From Planctomycetota bacterium (lineage in GTDB: Bacteria > Planctomycetota > UBA1135 > UBA2386), in the NCBI GenBank assembly GCA_947455805.1, contig CANGSN010000001.1, positions 1 through 47,862 on the forward strand: a stretch of DNA of 47,862 nt, read 5' to 3'. Position numbers and translations under genes: made by a program. Under the pieces are notes generated by a model. It made no database searches and had not been told where the DNA came from. It saw only the letters and a program-made list of their open reading frames with translations. Within the stretch, counting starts at the first letter, position 1; every line of letters begins with the position of its first letter. Of the stretch, positions 26,301-35,975 are shown piece after piece.

Positions 26301-27683
26301 TCAGAAGCGGAAGTAGAGGAACGGCAGGTGGGTCGCCGCCAGCGAGTGCGCCAGTGCGGCGACGAACAGCACGGCGAACAGTGCCATCACGCCCGGGTGC
26401 AGCCGACGCAGCAGCGCCGCCGAGTTCGGCATGCCGAACGTGATCGCCAGCGCGCCGAGCACGGTCAGGGCGGTGATCGTGGTGCCGCCGTTCGTGGCCA
26501 GCGCCTGGCCGAGCCCGTGCGCGCCGAACAGGCCGCCCCACAGGTTCCACAGGTGCGCGAAGTCGCGGGCGACGAACATCGACCAGCCGAAGGCGAAGAT
26601 CGTGAAGGTCAGGCCGATGCGCACCGGCCGGGGCAGCCGGGCGTGGAACGCGGCGCGGCCGCGCAGCCGTTCGAGGCACAGCCACAGGCCCTGGTAGGCG
26701 CCCCAGAGGACGAACGGCCAGTTGGCGCCGTGCCACAGGCCGCCGAGCAGCATGGTCGCCATCAGGTTGGCGTAGGTGCGCAGCGGTCCGCGGCGGTTGC
26801 CGCCGAGCGGGATGTAGAGGTAGTCGCGCAGCCACGTCGACAGGCTGACGTGCCAGCGCCGCCACGCCTCGGTGATGCTCTCCGCCTTGTAGGGCGAGTC
26901 GAAGTTGCGCGGGAAGTGGAAGCCCAGCATCAGGCCGAGCCCGATCGCCATGTCGGAGTAGCCCGAGAAGTCGAAGTAGATCTGGCCGGCGTAGGCCAGC
27001 AGCGACGTCCACGCCGGCAGCAGGCCTGGATCGGGCATCGCGAAGCCGGCGGCGGCGATCGGCGCCAGGCTGTCGGCGACCACCACCTTCTTGACGAAGC
27101 CGATGACGAACGCGGCGGCGCCGGCGCCGAACTGCGTCGCCGAGTGCTCGCGCTGCAGCAGCTGCCGGTGCACGTCGCGGTAGCGCACGATCGGGCCGGC
27201 GACCAGCTGCGGGAACATCGTCACGTAGCAGGCGAAGTCGACCAGCGACGTCGTCGGGCGCACTTCGCCGCGGTAGACGTCGATGGTGTAGCTCATCGAC
27301 TGGAACGTGTAGAACGAGATGCCGACCGGCAGCAGCACGTCGGTCCAGCCGAACGTCGTGCCGAGTGCGGCCTCGGTCGTGTGCACGAAGAAGTTCGCGT
27401 ACTTGAACCAGCCGAGCAGGCCGAGGTTGGCGCCGATCGAGAACCAAAGCCAGGTGCGGCGGTGCGCGCGGTTCTCCTCGCGCGCCCCCATCGCCAGCGC
27501 GACCGAGAAGTCGAGCGCCGTGCTGGCCAGCATGATCAGCACCCAGTAGGGGCGTTCCCAGCCGTAGAAGACGAGGCTGCAGGCGAACAGCCAGAGGTTG
27601 CGATGGCGTGCCCCGATCGCCGCGTAGCCGGCGAGGAACACCGGCAGGAACAGGAACAGGAAGGCGAACGAGGTGAAGACCAT
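26301..27683 (-). CDS. MBOAT-family O-acyltransferase (AlgI/DltB/PatA-like)
   Basis: 460 aa, polytopic, beginning MVFTSFAFLFLFLPVFLAGY. Contains FWRRWHVSLSTWLRDYLYIPLGGNRRG and GLWHGANW, which includes the conserved His. Confidence 0.92.
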   Translation of the reverse strand: MVFTSFAFLFLFLPVFLAGYAAIGARHRNLWLFACSLVFYGWERPYWVLIMLASTALDFSVALAMGAREENRAHRRTWLWFSIGANLGLLGWFKYANFFVHTTEAALGTTFGWTDVLLPVGISFYTFQSMSYTIDVYRGEVRPTTSLVDFACYVTMFPQLVAGPIVRYRDVHRQLLQREHSATQFGAGAAAFVIGFVKKVVVADSLAPIAAAGFAMPDPGLLPAWTSLLAYAGQIYFDFSGYSDMAIGLGLMLGFHFPRNFDSPYKAESITEAWRRWHVSLSTWLRDYLYIPLGGNRRGPLRTYANLMATMLLGGLWHGANWPFVLWGAYQGLWLCLERLRGRAAFHARLPRPVRIGLTFTIFAFGWSMFVARDFAHLWNLWGGLFGAHGLGQALATNGGTTITALTVLGALAITFGMPNSAALLRRLHPGVMALFAVLFVAALAHSLAATHLPFLYFRF

Positions 27684-27915
27684 GCGAGCGCGACCCGGGG
27701 CGCGGTCTCGCCGCCGCCTGCGCGAACGGGGCGGGATCCTACGCCGCGGCGGTCGCGGTGCACCGCTCGATGCCAGCGAATGCCCGCGTCGCTGCCGGCG
27801 CGCGCAGCGGGGACTTCACGTTCTTTCGCGTGGAAACCGCCGCGGCAAAGCACGCATACTCCGTCGCCCGTTCGAGGCCGTCGGCACCTGATTCCGGCGG
27901 TCGACTCGCCGCGTC

Positions 27916-29751
27916 ATGCCTGCATTCGTCCTCGGCATCTCCGCCTTCTACCACGACTCCGCCGCGGCCCTGTTGCGCGACGGGGAGATCGTCGCAGCCG
28001 CGCAGGAGGAGCGCTTCACGCGCAAGAAACACGACGCCGGCTTCCCGAAGCACGCGGTCGACTTCGCGCTGAAGCAGGCCGGTATCGGCATCGGCGACGT
28101 CGACTTCGTCGCGTTCTATGACAAGCCGATCCTGAAGTTCCATCGCGTCGTCGAGATGTTCGCCGGCTTCGTGCCGACGGGCTTCCGCGCGTTCGCGCGC
28201 CAGCTGCCGCTGCTGCTCGGCGACAAGCTGAACATGCGGCGCCTGCTGCGGAAGAACCTCGGCACCCTGCCGAAGAACCGCCGCTTCGTCTTCCCCGAGC
28301 ACCACGAGAGCCACGCAGCGTCGGCGTTCTATCCGTCGCCGTTCGAGGAAGCTGCGGTGCTGACGATGGACGGCGTCGGCGAGTGGGCGACGACGTCGCT
28401 CGGCGTCGGCGAAGGCAACCGGCTGCGGCTGCTCAGCGAGATCCGCTTCCCGCACTCCCTCGGCCTGCTCTACTCGGCGTTCACCGCCTACTGCGGCTTC
28501 AAGCCGAACAGTGGCGAGTACAAGCTGATGGGGCTCGCGCCGTACGGCGAGCCGCGGTTCGAGAAGCTGATCCGCGACCACCTGATCGACCTGTGCTTGG
28601 ACGGCAGCTACCGCCTCGACATGTCGTACTTCGGCTACTGCGTCGGCAACGAGATGACGTCGCCGAAGTTCCACGCGCTGTTCGGCGCCCCGCCCCGGCA
28701 GCCGGAGTCGCAGCTGGAGCAGCGGCACATGGACCTGGCGGCGTCGATCCAGCGCGTCACCGAGGACGTGATGCTGCGCACGGCGCGCCACGCGCACCGG
28801 GTCACCGGCAAGAAGAACCTGTGCCTCGCCGGCGGCGTCGCGCTGAACTGCGTCGGCAACGGCGTGATCCTGCGCGAGGGGCCGTTCGACAAGATCTGGA
28901 TCCAGCCTGCCGCCGGCGACGCCGGCGGGGCGCTCGGGGCGGCGCTGATGGTGTGGCACCAGCTGCTCGGCAAGCCGCGGCAGGCGAAGCCCGCCGACGC
29001 GCAGCGCGGCAGCCTGCTCGGCCCGCGCTACGAACCGGCGGACATCAAGGCGTTCCTCGACGCGCAGAAGGTCGTCTACGAGGAGTGCACCAGCGAGCAG
29101 CAGCTGGCCGATCGCGTCAGCGAGCTGATCGAGCAGGAGAACGTGATCGGCTGGTTCCAGGGCCCGATGGAGTTCGGCCCGCGCGCGCTCGGCTCGCGCA
29201 GCATCATCGGCGACGCGCGGTCGCCCAAGATGCAGAGCGTGATGAACCTGAAGATCAAGTTCCGCGAGTCGTTCCGGCCGTTCGCGCCGATCGTGCTGCG
29301 CGAACGCGCCAGCGACTACTTCGACATCAAGCCCGACCACGACAGCCCGTACATGCTGATCGTGGCGCCGGTGCGGCAGGACAAGCGCAAGCCGGTCGAG
29401 CCGGGCCTGTTCGGCCTCGACAAGCTGAAGCAGCTGCGCTCGGTGGTGCCGGCGATCACGCACGTCGACTACTCGGCGCGCCTGCAGACCGTCGACGGCG
29501 AGCGCAATCCGCGCCTCGCGTCGATGATGCGTCGGTTCGAGCAGCGCACCGGCTGCCCGGTGCTGATCAACACCAGCTTCAACGTGCGCGGCGAACCGAT
29601 CGTCTGCACGCCGCAGGACGCGCTGCGCTGCTTCCTCGGCACCGAGATGGACGTCCTCGTGCTCGAGAACTTCGTCGTGCGTCGCGCCGCGCAGACGAAG
29701 CTGCCCAGCGTCGATCGCGAGAAGTATCTCGCCGGCTTCGCCCTCGACTGA
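27916..29751 (+). CDS. Carbamoyltransferase (NodU/CmcH family)
   Basis: 611 aa with VLGISAFYHDSAAALLRDGEIVAAAQEERFTRKKHD, LCLAGGVALNCVGNG, GPRALGSRSIIGD and INTSFNVRGEPIVCTP. Confidence 0.93.
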   Translation: MPAFVLGISAFYHDSAAALLRDGEIVAAAQEERFTRKKHDAGFPKHAVDFALKQAGIGIGDVDFVAFYDKPILKFHRVVEMFAGFVPTGFRAFARQLPLLLGDKLNMRRLLRKNLGTLPKNRRFVFPEHHESHAASAFYPSPFEEAAVLTMDGVGEWATTSLGVGEGNRLRLLSEIRFPHSLGLLYSAFTAYCGFKPNSGEYKLMGLAPYGEPRFEKLIRDHLIDLCLDGSYRLDMSYFGYCVGNEMTSPKFHALFGAPPRQPESQLEQRHMDLAASIQRVTEDVMLRTARHAHRVTGKKNLCLAGGVALNCVGNGVILREGPFDKIWIQPAAGDAGGALGAALMVWHQLLGKPRQAKPADAQRGSLLGPRYEPADIKAFLDAQKVVYEECTSEQQLADRVSELIEQENVIGWFQGPMEFGPRALGSRSIIGDARSPKMQSVMNLKIKFRESFRPFAPIVLRERASDYFDIKPDHDSPYMLIVAPVRQDKRKPVEPGLFGLDKLKQLRSVVPAITHVDYSARLQTVDGERNPRLASMMRRFEQRTGCPVLINTSFNVRGEPIVCTPQDALRCFLGTEMDVLVLENFVVRRAAQTKLPSVDREKYLAGFALD

Positions 29752-29763
29752 ACGCTCGCCGCC

Positions 29764-30189
29764 ATGATCAAGATCGACCTTTCGCCGAAGCCCGAGTTCC
29801 TGCGCCAGTTCGCGCTGGTGACGATCGTCGGCCTGCCGCTGCTGACCGCGGCGGTGCTGCGCATCGCCGGCGTGTTCGCGTGGGACCACCTCGCGCTGCT
29901 GGTCGCCGGGGCGGTGGCGCTGCTGCAGTGCACGCTGGCGTTCGCCGGCTGGCTGCACCTGACGCGCGTCGTCTACGTGCTGCTGATGTGCGTCAGCTTC
30001 CCGATCGGCTTCGTCGTCTCGAACGTGCTGCTGGTCGCGATCTACTTCCTGGTGTTCACGCCGATCGGCCTGGTGTTCCGGCTGATCGGTCGCGACACGA
30101 TGGGGCGCCGCCTCGAGCCGTCGCGCACGACCTACTGGCACCAGCGACCGGCACCGCGGCCGCTCGCCAGCTACTTCAAGCTATACTGA
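29764..30189 (+). CDS. SxtJ-like small membrane protein
   Basis: 141 aa with 3-4 TM helices. Its C-terminal LVAIYFLVFTPIGLVFRLIGRDTMGRRLEPSRTTYW matches my memory of the SxtJ family that follows carbamoyltransferases. Confidence 0.72.
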   Translation: MIKIDLSPKPEFLRQFALVTIVGLPLLTAAVLRIAGVFAWDHLALLVAGAVALLQCTLAFAGWLHLTRVVYVLLMCVSFPIGFVVSNVLLVAIYFLVFTPIGLVFRLIGRDTMGRRLEPSRTTYWHQRPAPRPLASYFKLY

Positions 30190-30219
30190 CCCGGCTGCGA
30201 GCCGGATCGCACACGAGCC

Positions 30220-30426
30220 ATGAACGAACCGAAGCAAGACCAAGAGAACGAGTTCCTGAAGGCCGCCGGCGAGAAGGAGCGGGGCCTGGTGGCGGAGTTC
30301 GTGGCGTTCATGGCCGAGAACAAGATGTGGTGGCTGACGCCCATCCTGATCGTGTTCCTGCTGGTCGGCGTGCTGCTGGTGATCAGCGCGACGCCGCTCG
30401 GCGCCTGGGTCTACTCGTTCGTCTGA
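30220..30426 (+). CDS. DUF5989-like (SxtK-like) small membrane protein
   Basis: 68 aa. [43 protein letters not shown] fits the family pattern as I remember it. It is the third gene of the conserved triad. Confidence 0.68.
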   Translation: MNEPKQDQENEFLKAAGEKERGLVAEFVAFMAENKMWWLTPILIVFLLVGVLLVISATPLGAWVYSFV

Positions 30427-30589
30427 CGGACTTGGCGCGGTCGCGCGCGCGACTGCGATGCCATCGCGGGACCGACGGCGGCCGGCGCTGGTGCGCCGCC
30501 GTCCCGAATCGGTCCGTTCTCGCGAGTGCTGGGCGAAGGAGCTGGTTTTCCCGGTCGATACCGCGGCAGTCACACGAGGGAAGACTGCC

Positions 30590-31450
30590 ATGCGCGATCA
30601 AGGACTGGACACCTACCTGGCGGACATCAACGAGGTGCCGCTGCTGACCGCCGAGCAGGAGATCGAGCTCGCCAAGCGGATCCAGCGCGGTGACCTCGCC
30701 GCGCGCGAACACATGATCCGCGCCAATCTGCGCCTGGTCGTGTCGATCGCGAAGAACTACGTGAACCGCGGCCTCGCATTCCTCGACCTGATCGAGGAGG
30801 GCAACATCGGGCTGATGCGGGCGGTCGAGAAGTTCGACCCGAAGGCCGGCTGCCGGTTCTCGACCTACGCTACCTGGTGGATCAAGCAGGGCATCCGCCG
30901 CTCGCTGGTCAACACGGTGAAGACGGTGCGCGTGCCGAGCTACATGTCGGAGATCGTCTCGCGCTGGAAGGCGACGGCGATGGAGCTCGGCTACCGGCTC
31001 GGTCGCCAGGCGACCACCGGCGAGATCGCCGAGCAGCTCGACCTGCCCGAGAACAACTGGAACCTCGTGCGCGACACCGTGCTCGCCAACTCGCAGCCGA
31101 CGCACTCGATGAGCGAGGACAGCGCGGCGGCGTTCGCCGACACGATCGAGGACACGCGCAGCCCGTCGCCGGAGGACGAGATCCTGACCGCGATGGAGCT
31201 CGGGCGACTGCGCGAGCTGCTCGAGCGACTCGAGCCGCGCGAGTCCCGCATCCTGAAGCTGCGCTTCGGCATCGGCACGGGCGAACCGATGACCTTGAAG
31301 GCGATCGGCAAGCGCTTCGGCCTGACGCGCGAACGCGTTCGGCAGATGGAGCAACAGGCGCTCGACCGGCTCGGCGAGGTGATGTCGCGCGAGTTCGGCG
31401 AGGAGCGGCCGGCTGCGCGCGTGCGCAGACGCGCTGCGCGCGCCGAGTGA
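30590..31450 (+). CDS. RNA polymerase sigma-70 family factor (regions 2-4, short RpoD/SigA-like)
   Basis: 286-aa part of track ORF 30458-31450, starting at ATG 30590 with GAGGGAAG upstream. Contains [55 protein letters not shown] and the region 4.2 block [23 protein letters not shown]. Confidence 0.9.
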   Translation: MRDQGLDTYLADINEVPLLTAEQEIELAKRIQRGDLAAREHMIRANLRLVVSIAKNYVNRGLAFLDLIEEGNIGLMRAVEKFDPKAGCRFSTYATWWIKQGIRRSLVNTVKTVRVPSYMSEIVSRWKATAMELGYRLGRQATTGEIAEQLDLPENNWNLVRDTVLANSQPTHSMSEDSAAAFADTIEDTRSPSPEDEILTAMELGRLRELLERLEPRESRILKLRFGIGTGEPMTLKAIGKRFGLTRERVRQMEQQALDRLGEVMSREFGEERPAARVRRRAARAE

Positions 31451-31510
31451 ACGGCGGACCCGAAGCTCCGCCCGGGGCTTGCTTCCACCCGCGGGCCCCG
31501 TAACCAAGCT

Positions 31511-32701
31511 GTGCAGATGGCGAACAGCACGTGGTTGCCCGGCGACGGAACGTCTCTCTACGTGCACGTTCCGTTCTGCGTCGTGAAGTGCGGCTACTGC
31601 GACTTCAACTCGTACGTGGTCGACGACCGCTCGGTGCACGATCGCTTCCTCGACGCGCTCGAGGCCGAGCTGGTGCGCGAGTGGCGCTTCGGCACACCGG
31701 TGTCGGTGTTCGTGGGCGGCGGCACGCCGACGCTGCTCGATCCGGAGCGCTTCCGGCGGCTGTTCGAACTGCTCGCGCGCCACGTGCCGCTCGGCGAGTG
31801 CCGGGAAGTGACCATGGAGGCGAACCCGGAGAGCGTCACCGCCGAGAAGGCGGCGATCGCGCGCGCGCACGGGGTCACGCGCATGAGCATGGGCGTGCAG
31901 AGCTTCCACCCCCACCATCTGCGCTTCCTCGATCGCGCGCACACGGCGGAGCGCGCCGAGGAAGCGTTCGCGGTGCTGCGTGCGTCGGGGTGCGAGAACA
32001 TCTCCGTCGACATGATCTTCAGCGTGCCGGGCCAGACGCTGGCCGAATGGCACGCCGACCTCGAGCGCGTGCTGCGCCTGCGGCCCGATCACCTGTCCTG
32101 CTACAACCTGACGTTCGAGCCGGGCACGCGCCTGCACCGCGACCTGCAGCAGGGGCGAATCGAGCCGAACGACGAGGAGACGGACCGCGCGATGTTCCTC
32201 GCCACGCGCGAACGGCTCGCGGCGGCTGGGTTCGAGGCCTACGAGATCAGCAACTTCGCCGGCCGCGGCGGCCCGTCGCGCCACAACGACCACTACTGGC
32301 TGCAGGGCGACTACGTCGGCATCGGGCCGGGCGCGTCGAGCCATCGTCGCGGTGTTCGCTGCACCAACCTGAAGACGGTCGAGAGCTGGGCGGGCGCCGT
32401 TCTCGACGGCACGCCGGGAGCGGCGTCGGCCGAGACGCTGCGGCCGCTCCAGCGTGCAGCGGAAGCGCTGTGGCTCGGCATCCGGCGGCGCGATGGCGTC
32501 GATCTCGATCTGGTCGCGCGGCGAACGGCCGTGTCGCTGTCGCCGTTCGAGCCGACCATCGTGCGTCACGAGGCGGCCGGGCTCCTGGTCCGGCGCGGCA
32601 CCAGCATCGTGCTCACGCCCGCCGGGGTGCTGCTCGCCGACATGGTCGGCGGCGATCTGCTGTCGGTCGGTTCGGAGCGGCCTGGTTCGGAGCGACTCTG
32701 A
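31511..32701 (+). CDS. hemW: Radical SAM heme chaperone HemW (coproporphyrinogen III oxidase-like)
   Basis: 396 aa with radical SAM motif HVPFCVVKCGYCDF and the blocks GGGTPT and ISVDMIF. The start could be GTG 31511 or ATG 31517. Confidence 0.9.
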   Translation: MQMANSTWLPGDGTSLYVHVPFCVVKCGYCDFNSYVVDDRSVHDRFLDALEAELVREWRFGTPVSVFVGGGTPTLLDPERFRRLFELLARHVPLGECREVTMEANPESVTAEKAAIARAHGVTRMSMGVQSFHPHHLRFLDRAHTAERAEEAFAVLRASGCENISVDMIFSVPGQTLAEWHADLERVLRLRPDHLSCYNLTFEPGTRLHRDLQQGRIEPNDEETDRAMFLATRERLAAAGFEAYEISNFAGRGGPSRHNDHYWLQGDYVGIGPGASSHRRGVRCTNLKTVESWAGAVLDGTPGAASAETLRPLQRAAEALWLGIRRRDGVDLDLVARRTAVSLSPFEPTIVRHEAAGLLVRRGTSIVLTPAGVLLADMVGGDLLSVGSERPGSERL

Positions 32702-32728
32702 CGAGAGGTTCTGCCGCGTCGCGATCGG

Positions 32729-34594
32729 TCAGAAGCCGCGGCTTGCAGCCTGCACGCCGCCGATGGCCGCGCCGACGGCGAACAGCATCGCGTACATCTC
32801 CAGGCCGAACGGGCTCGTCGTGACGGTGGTGCGACCGGTGGTATCCGACGTCGTGTAGCTCGACATCGCGAACAGGTGCTTGGTCAGCGTCTCAGCCTCC
32901 GGCAGCTGCTGCAGGTCGATCGGCACCTGGTCGTCCGGACGGACGATCGCCAGCACGCCGGCCAGGATCTGGTAGAGGCTCTCGAACTGCGACTTCCAGT
33001 CGGTGAAGGAGACAGCCTCGAGCGAACTCGGCAGCTGTGCGGCGATGCCGGCGAACTCCTTGTTGCTGCGGATGTCGTTCTTCGGGTCGTCCTCGCGGTC
33101 CATGCGCTGGAAGTGCCGCTTGATGTCGTTCGGCGAGAAGCTGCCGACCAGGTAGCCGTCCTTGAAGGCGAAGGTCGGCTGGATCACGTCGAGGACCTTG
33201 CCCAAGTCCTGGGCCTGGCCCAGGCGATTGGTGTTGACGGTCAGCTCGTAGAACTTGATGCCCTGCTTCTGGTTCTCCTGGATCCCGACCATGCCCTGCG
33301 TCGCCTTGGCCAGGGCCTTCAGCGCCGGCACCAGCTTCGCTTCGTCTGCCTTGATCAGCAGCGCGAGTTCGGGCGCCGCCGAGAAGGTGCTGACAGGCAT
33401 CTGCCAGGTGACGTAGTGACCGCCGATCGCGCCGACGAGATCGTTGCGCACGCTGAAGCCGAGCTGCTTCTCCATCTCACCCAGCTCGCCGAGCACCTGC
33501 TTGGCCAGCTCGGCGTCGTAGGCTTCCAAGCCCTTGACCACGAGGTCGTAGTAGTAGGCCAGATCCATGGTGCCGGAGCTGAAGCCGACGGCGTCCTTCG
33601 GGATCCACTTCAGGAACTTCAGGTCGATCGGAACCGCCTGCGCATTCGTGCCCGCCGCCAGGGCATCGAACGAGCGCGTGACGCTCTTGCCGTCGACGAA
33701 CGAGCTGGTCGTGCGAGACGCGCCGAGCTGGAACAGCCCCATGGCGTTCATCGCGCGCTCGACCCCCTTCATGTCGACCATCCCCAGCTCTTCCTCGGCG
33801 ACGACCGCGGTCGCCGCCTGGAACAGTGACTTCATCGTGGAGCCGGGGCGCCAGAACATCTCGAACTCGTTCTTCTCCTTGGCGTTCGCCATGTGCTTGG
33901 CGATCGCCTCGTAGTCGGCCGCGGCGCCGAGCGAGGGCAGCTTCTTCTGCATGCCGTCGACGATGATCTGCAGGTCGGGCGTCAGCGTGGTGAGCAACAG
34001 GCCGTTCGGCACCATCGCGAGGTTGAGCGCCATCGAGCTGCCTTCGCCGCCGCTCGGCCGGAAGCTGACGGTGCGCACGTCACCGATCTTGCCCTCCGTC
34101 TTCTCGAGCATGCCGCCCATCTGGTCCTCGAGCATGCCGAGCCCCATGTCGAGCAGCTTGTTCCAGGTCGGCGCGCTGGCGCCGAAGTCGAGGTGGGCGA
34201 CGATGCCGAGGTCGGCCTGCGCGCCGAAATCCCCACTGGTCATCTGCATCGAGGTCAGGGCCATCGTGAAGCCGTCGACGCGCAGCGCCATGATGTCGGC
34301 GGGGTCGACCGGGAACTGCCCCTGCGCGTGCATCTGCTTCGCCTCGTCCATCTGCTGCGCGAACATCTTCTCGCCCATCTCGCGCAGGTCGGCGACGAAC
34401 TTCTGCACCTCGTCTTCGGCCCACATCTTCGCCAGCGGCATCTGCGCGAAGCGCGCCATGCTCCCTTGCAGGTCCGGCGCCGACATCACCATCAGGGTGT
34501 CCTTCGGCAGGTAGGGGACGATCGACCCCTGCGCTGCCAACGGCAGTCCGAGCAGCAGGAAGCAGGCGAGGCGTGACGGTTGGTGGCGCTTCAT
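32729..34594 (-). CDS. Secreted protein of unknown function with a C-terminal hydrophobic anchor
   Basis: Track ORF 32729-34684. I start it at ATG 34594 (MKRHQPSRLACFLLLGLPLAAQG, a signal peptide). 621 aa with balanced composition, ending in YAMLFAVGAAIGGVQAASRGF. Confidence 0.7.
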   Translation of the reverse strand: MKRHQPSRLACFLLLGLPLAAQGSIVPYLPKDTLMVMSAPDLQGSMARFAQMPLAKMWAEDEVQKFVADLREMGEKMFAQQMDEAKQMHAQGQFPVDPADIMALRVDGFTMALTSMQMTSGDFGAQADLGIVAHLDFGASAPTWNKLLDMGLGMLEDQMGGMLEKTEGKIGDVRTVSFRPSGGEGSSMALNLAMVPNGLLLTTLTPDLQIIVDGMQKKLPSLGAAADYEAIAKHMANAKEKNEFEMFWRPGSTMKSLFQAATAVVAEEELGMVDMKGVERAMNAMGLFQLGASRTTSSFVDGKSVTRSFDALAAGTNAQAVPIDLKFLKWIPKDAVGFSSGTMDLAYYYDLVVKGLEAYDAELAKQVLGELGEMEKQLGFSVRNDLVGAIGGHYVTWQMPVSTFSAAPELALLIKADEAKLVPALKALAKATQGMVGIQENQKQGIKFYELTVNTNRLGQAQDLGKVLDVIQPTFAFKDGYLVGSFSPNDIKRHFQRMDREDDPKNDIRSNKEFAGIAAQLPSSLEAVSFTDWKSQFESLYQILAGVLAIVRPDDQVPIDLQQLPEAETLTKHLFAMSSYTTSDTTGRTTVTTSPFGLEMYAMLFAVGAAIGGVQAASRGF

Positions 34595-34610
34595 GGGAGA
34601 CGGATGGTTG

Positions 34611-34648
34611 CGAAAAAGGGCGTCGCCATCCTGGAAGTGGCGATGGCG
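34611..34648 (-). terminator. Candidate rho-independent terminator after the HNH gene
   Basis: Minus strand CGCCATC-GCCACTTCCAG-GATGGCG (7-bp stem) is followed 6 nt later by TTTTT (plus-strand aaaaa at 34613-34617). Confidence 0.35.
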
Positions 34649-34715
34649 GGCTCTGTGGCCGACGGTGTCCCGGAACTGTCGCACGTGTCCGGATCGGCGA
34701 TCAGGACGACGGGCG

Positions 34716-35330
34716 TCACATGTTCGCAGATCGCCGGCGGTCGGTCGTGAACTTCGACCAGGATTCCATGCGCTGGCTCGGTCGCAGGGTCAGGTAGGGA
34801 GTCCAGCGTGGGCGGGTCGGCGGCCGCAGCAGGCGCAAGCCGGCCTCCTTCAGCGTGCGGTCTGCCTTGCGGGCATTGCAGCCGACGCACGCCAGGACGC
34901 AGTTCTCCCAGCTGGTGCCGCCGCCGCGGGAACGCGGCAGCACGTGGTCGACACTCAGGTGGTCGGTGGTGCAGCGGCGACCGCAGTACTGGCACGTGTA
35001 GTCGTCGCGCAGGAAGAGATTGCGCCGCGTGAACGGGGCCTCGTGGCACGGCACGCGGTCGTACTGCGTCAGCAGGACGACTTCCGGGACCTGCAGGCGC
35101 AGCGACGGCGAGCGGATCGCCGGCGCGCCGTGCGGAACAGGCTGCTCGAGCCACTCTTCGAACGTGAAGGTGGACAGGGTGTCCGTAGCCACGATGCGCG
35201 CGGCCTCGCGGAACACCATGCACAGGGCCCGGCGCACCGTGGTGACGTGCACCGGCCGCCAGGAACGATTCAGCACCAACGTTGCTCGATCGAGCAACTC
35301 GGCCCTTCGGGGTGGATCGCAGGCAACCAT
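34716..35330 (-). CDS. HNH endonuclease (COG1403-type, stand-alone)
   Basis: 204 aa. HNH core is YCGRRCTTDHLSVDHVLPRSRGGGTSWENCVLACVGCNARK. The N-terminal LVLNRSWRPVHVTTVRRALCMVF block is typical of this small family. Confidence 0.85.
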   Translation of the reverse strand: MVACDPPRRAELLDRATLVLNRSWRPVHVTTVRRALCMVFREAARIVATDTLSTFTFEEWLEQPVPHGAPAIRSPSLRLQVPEVVLLTQYDRVPCHEAPFTRRNLFLRDDYTCQYCGRRCTTDHLSVDHVLPRSRGGGTSWENCVLACVGCNARKADRTLKEAGLRLLRPPTRPRWTPYLTLRPSQRMESWSKFTTDRRRSANM

Positions 35331-35531
35331 GGATCGCTTGGCCCTTGTTCGTCGCCGTGAGCGCCCAAGGGCGCGCGGAGTCTAGATCCGGTCGCCCTGG
35401 GGAGGAATCCCTCCACCTTGGCGTCGCGCCTCGAGCGGCCCGGTGGCGGCGTTGCTCGGCCGCGCGGCCGTGGCTAGACTCTGCGCCCCTATCACGGAAC
35501 ACGAGACGTTCTGCACAGCAAGCGGTCCCCG

Positions 35532-35960
35532 ATGACGAGAACCTTCCACGAACTGCGGCGCGCTACCCTCGGTGCCTTCCTGCTGGCTGCACTCCTGGGA
35601 TGCGAGTCCGCTGGAGGCTCGGGCGAATACGGCGTCACGGCGACGCAGTTCGCGGACGTGGTGGTGCCGGCCGGAATGAAGCTGCGCGACCGGGCCAACG
35701 AGAGCCACTCGCGCGATGACGGCGGCTATCGGACCGCCCACCTTGTCTATTCGGGTCAAAGCCGGGTCGAGGACATCGAGAGCTACCTGCGTCTGCGCAT
35801 GCCGTCCCACAACTGGCAGCTGGTTGCCGAGAGCAAGGTCGAGGATGGCATCGTGATGAAGTTCGAGCGCGATGTTTACTCTGTGCAGTATTCCGTAGCG
35901 CGCGCCGATGGCGCCACCCTGATGACCGTCGACTACGCGACTGACTATTCGCGCCGCTGA
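35532..35960 (+). CDS. Lipoprotein of unknown function
   Basis: 142 aa with lipobox LLAALLGC. It lies 15 nt upstream of the next gene and has lower GC3 than the window average. Confidence 0.62.
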   Translation: MTRTFHELRRATLGAFLLAALLGCESAGGSGEYGVTATQFADVVVPAGMKLRDRANESHSRDDGGYRTAHLVYSGQSRVEDIESYLRLRMPSHNWQLVAESKVEDGIVMKFERDVYSVQYSVARADGATLMTVDYATDYSRR

Positions 35961-35975
35961 GGCCGAGCCCAATCC

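Noticed and set aside
27916-30426. Saxitoxin-type toxin biosynthesis, suggested by the SxtJ/SxtK-like names
   Set aside because: Only the carbamoyltransferase and the two small membrane proteins are present. There is no SxtA-like PKS, amidinotransferase, cyclase or dioxygenase. The triad is widespread in non-toxic bacteria.
30440-30453. 14-nt perfect palindrome gtcgcgcgcgcgac (alternating CG) after the DUF5989-like gene, as a regulatory site or terminator
   Set aside because: It cannot form a hairpin with a loop and is the kind of palindrome expected by chance in 70%-GC DNA. No U-tract follows. I saw no second copy.
27739-32569. Minus-strand ORFs 27739-30141 (800 aa) and 30383-32569 (728 aa), and plus ORFs 28383-30647 and 31531-32823
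   Set aside because: These are Arg/Ala/Asp-rich shadows of the carbamoyltransferase, sigma factor and hemW genes.
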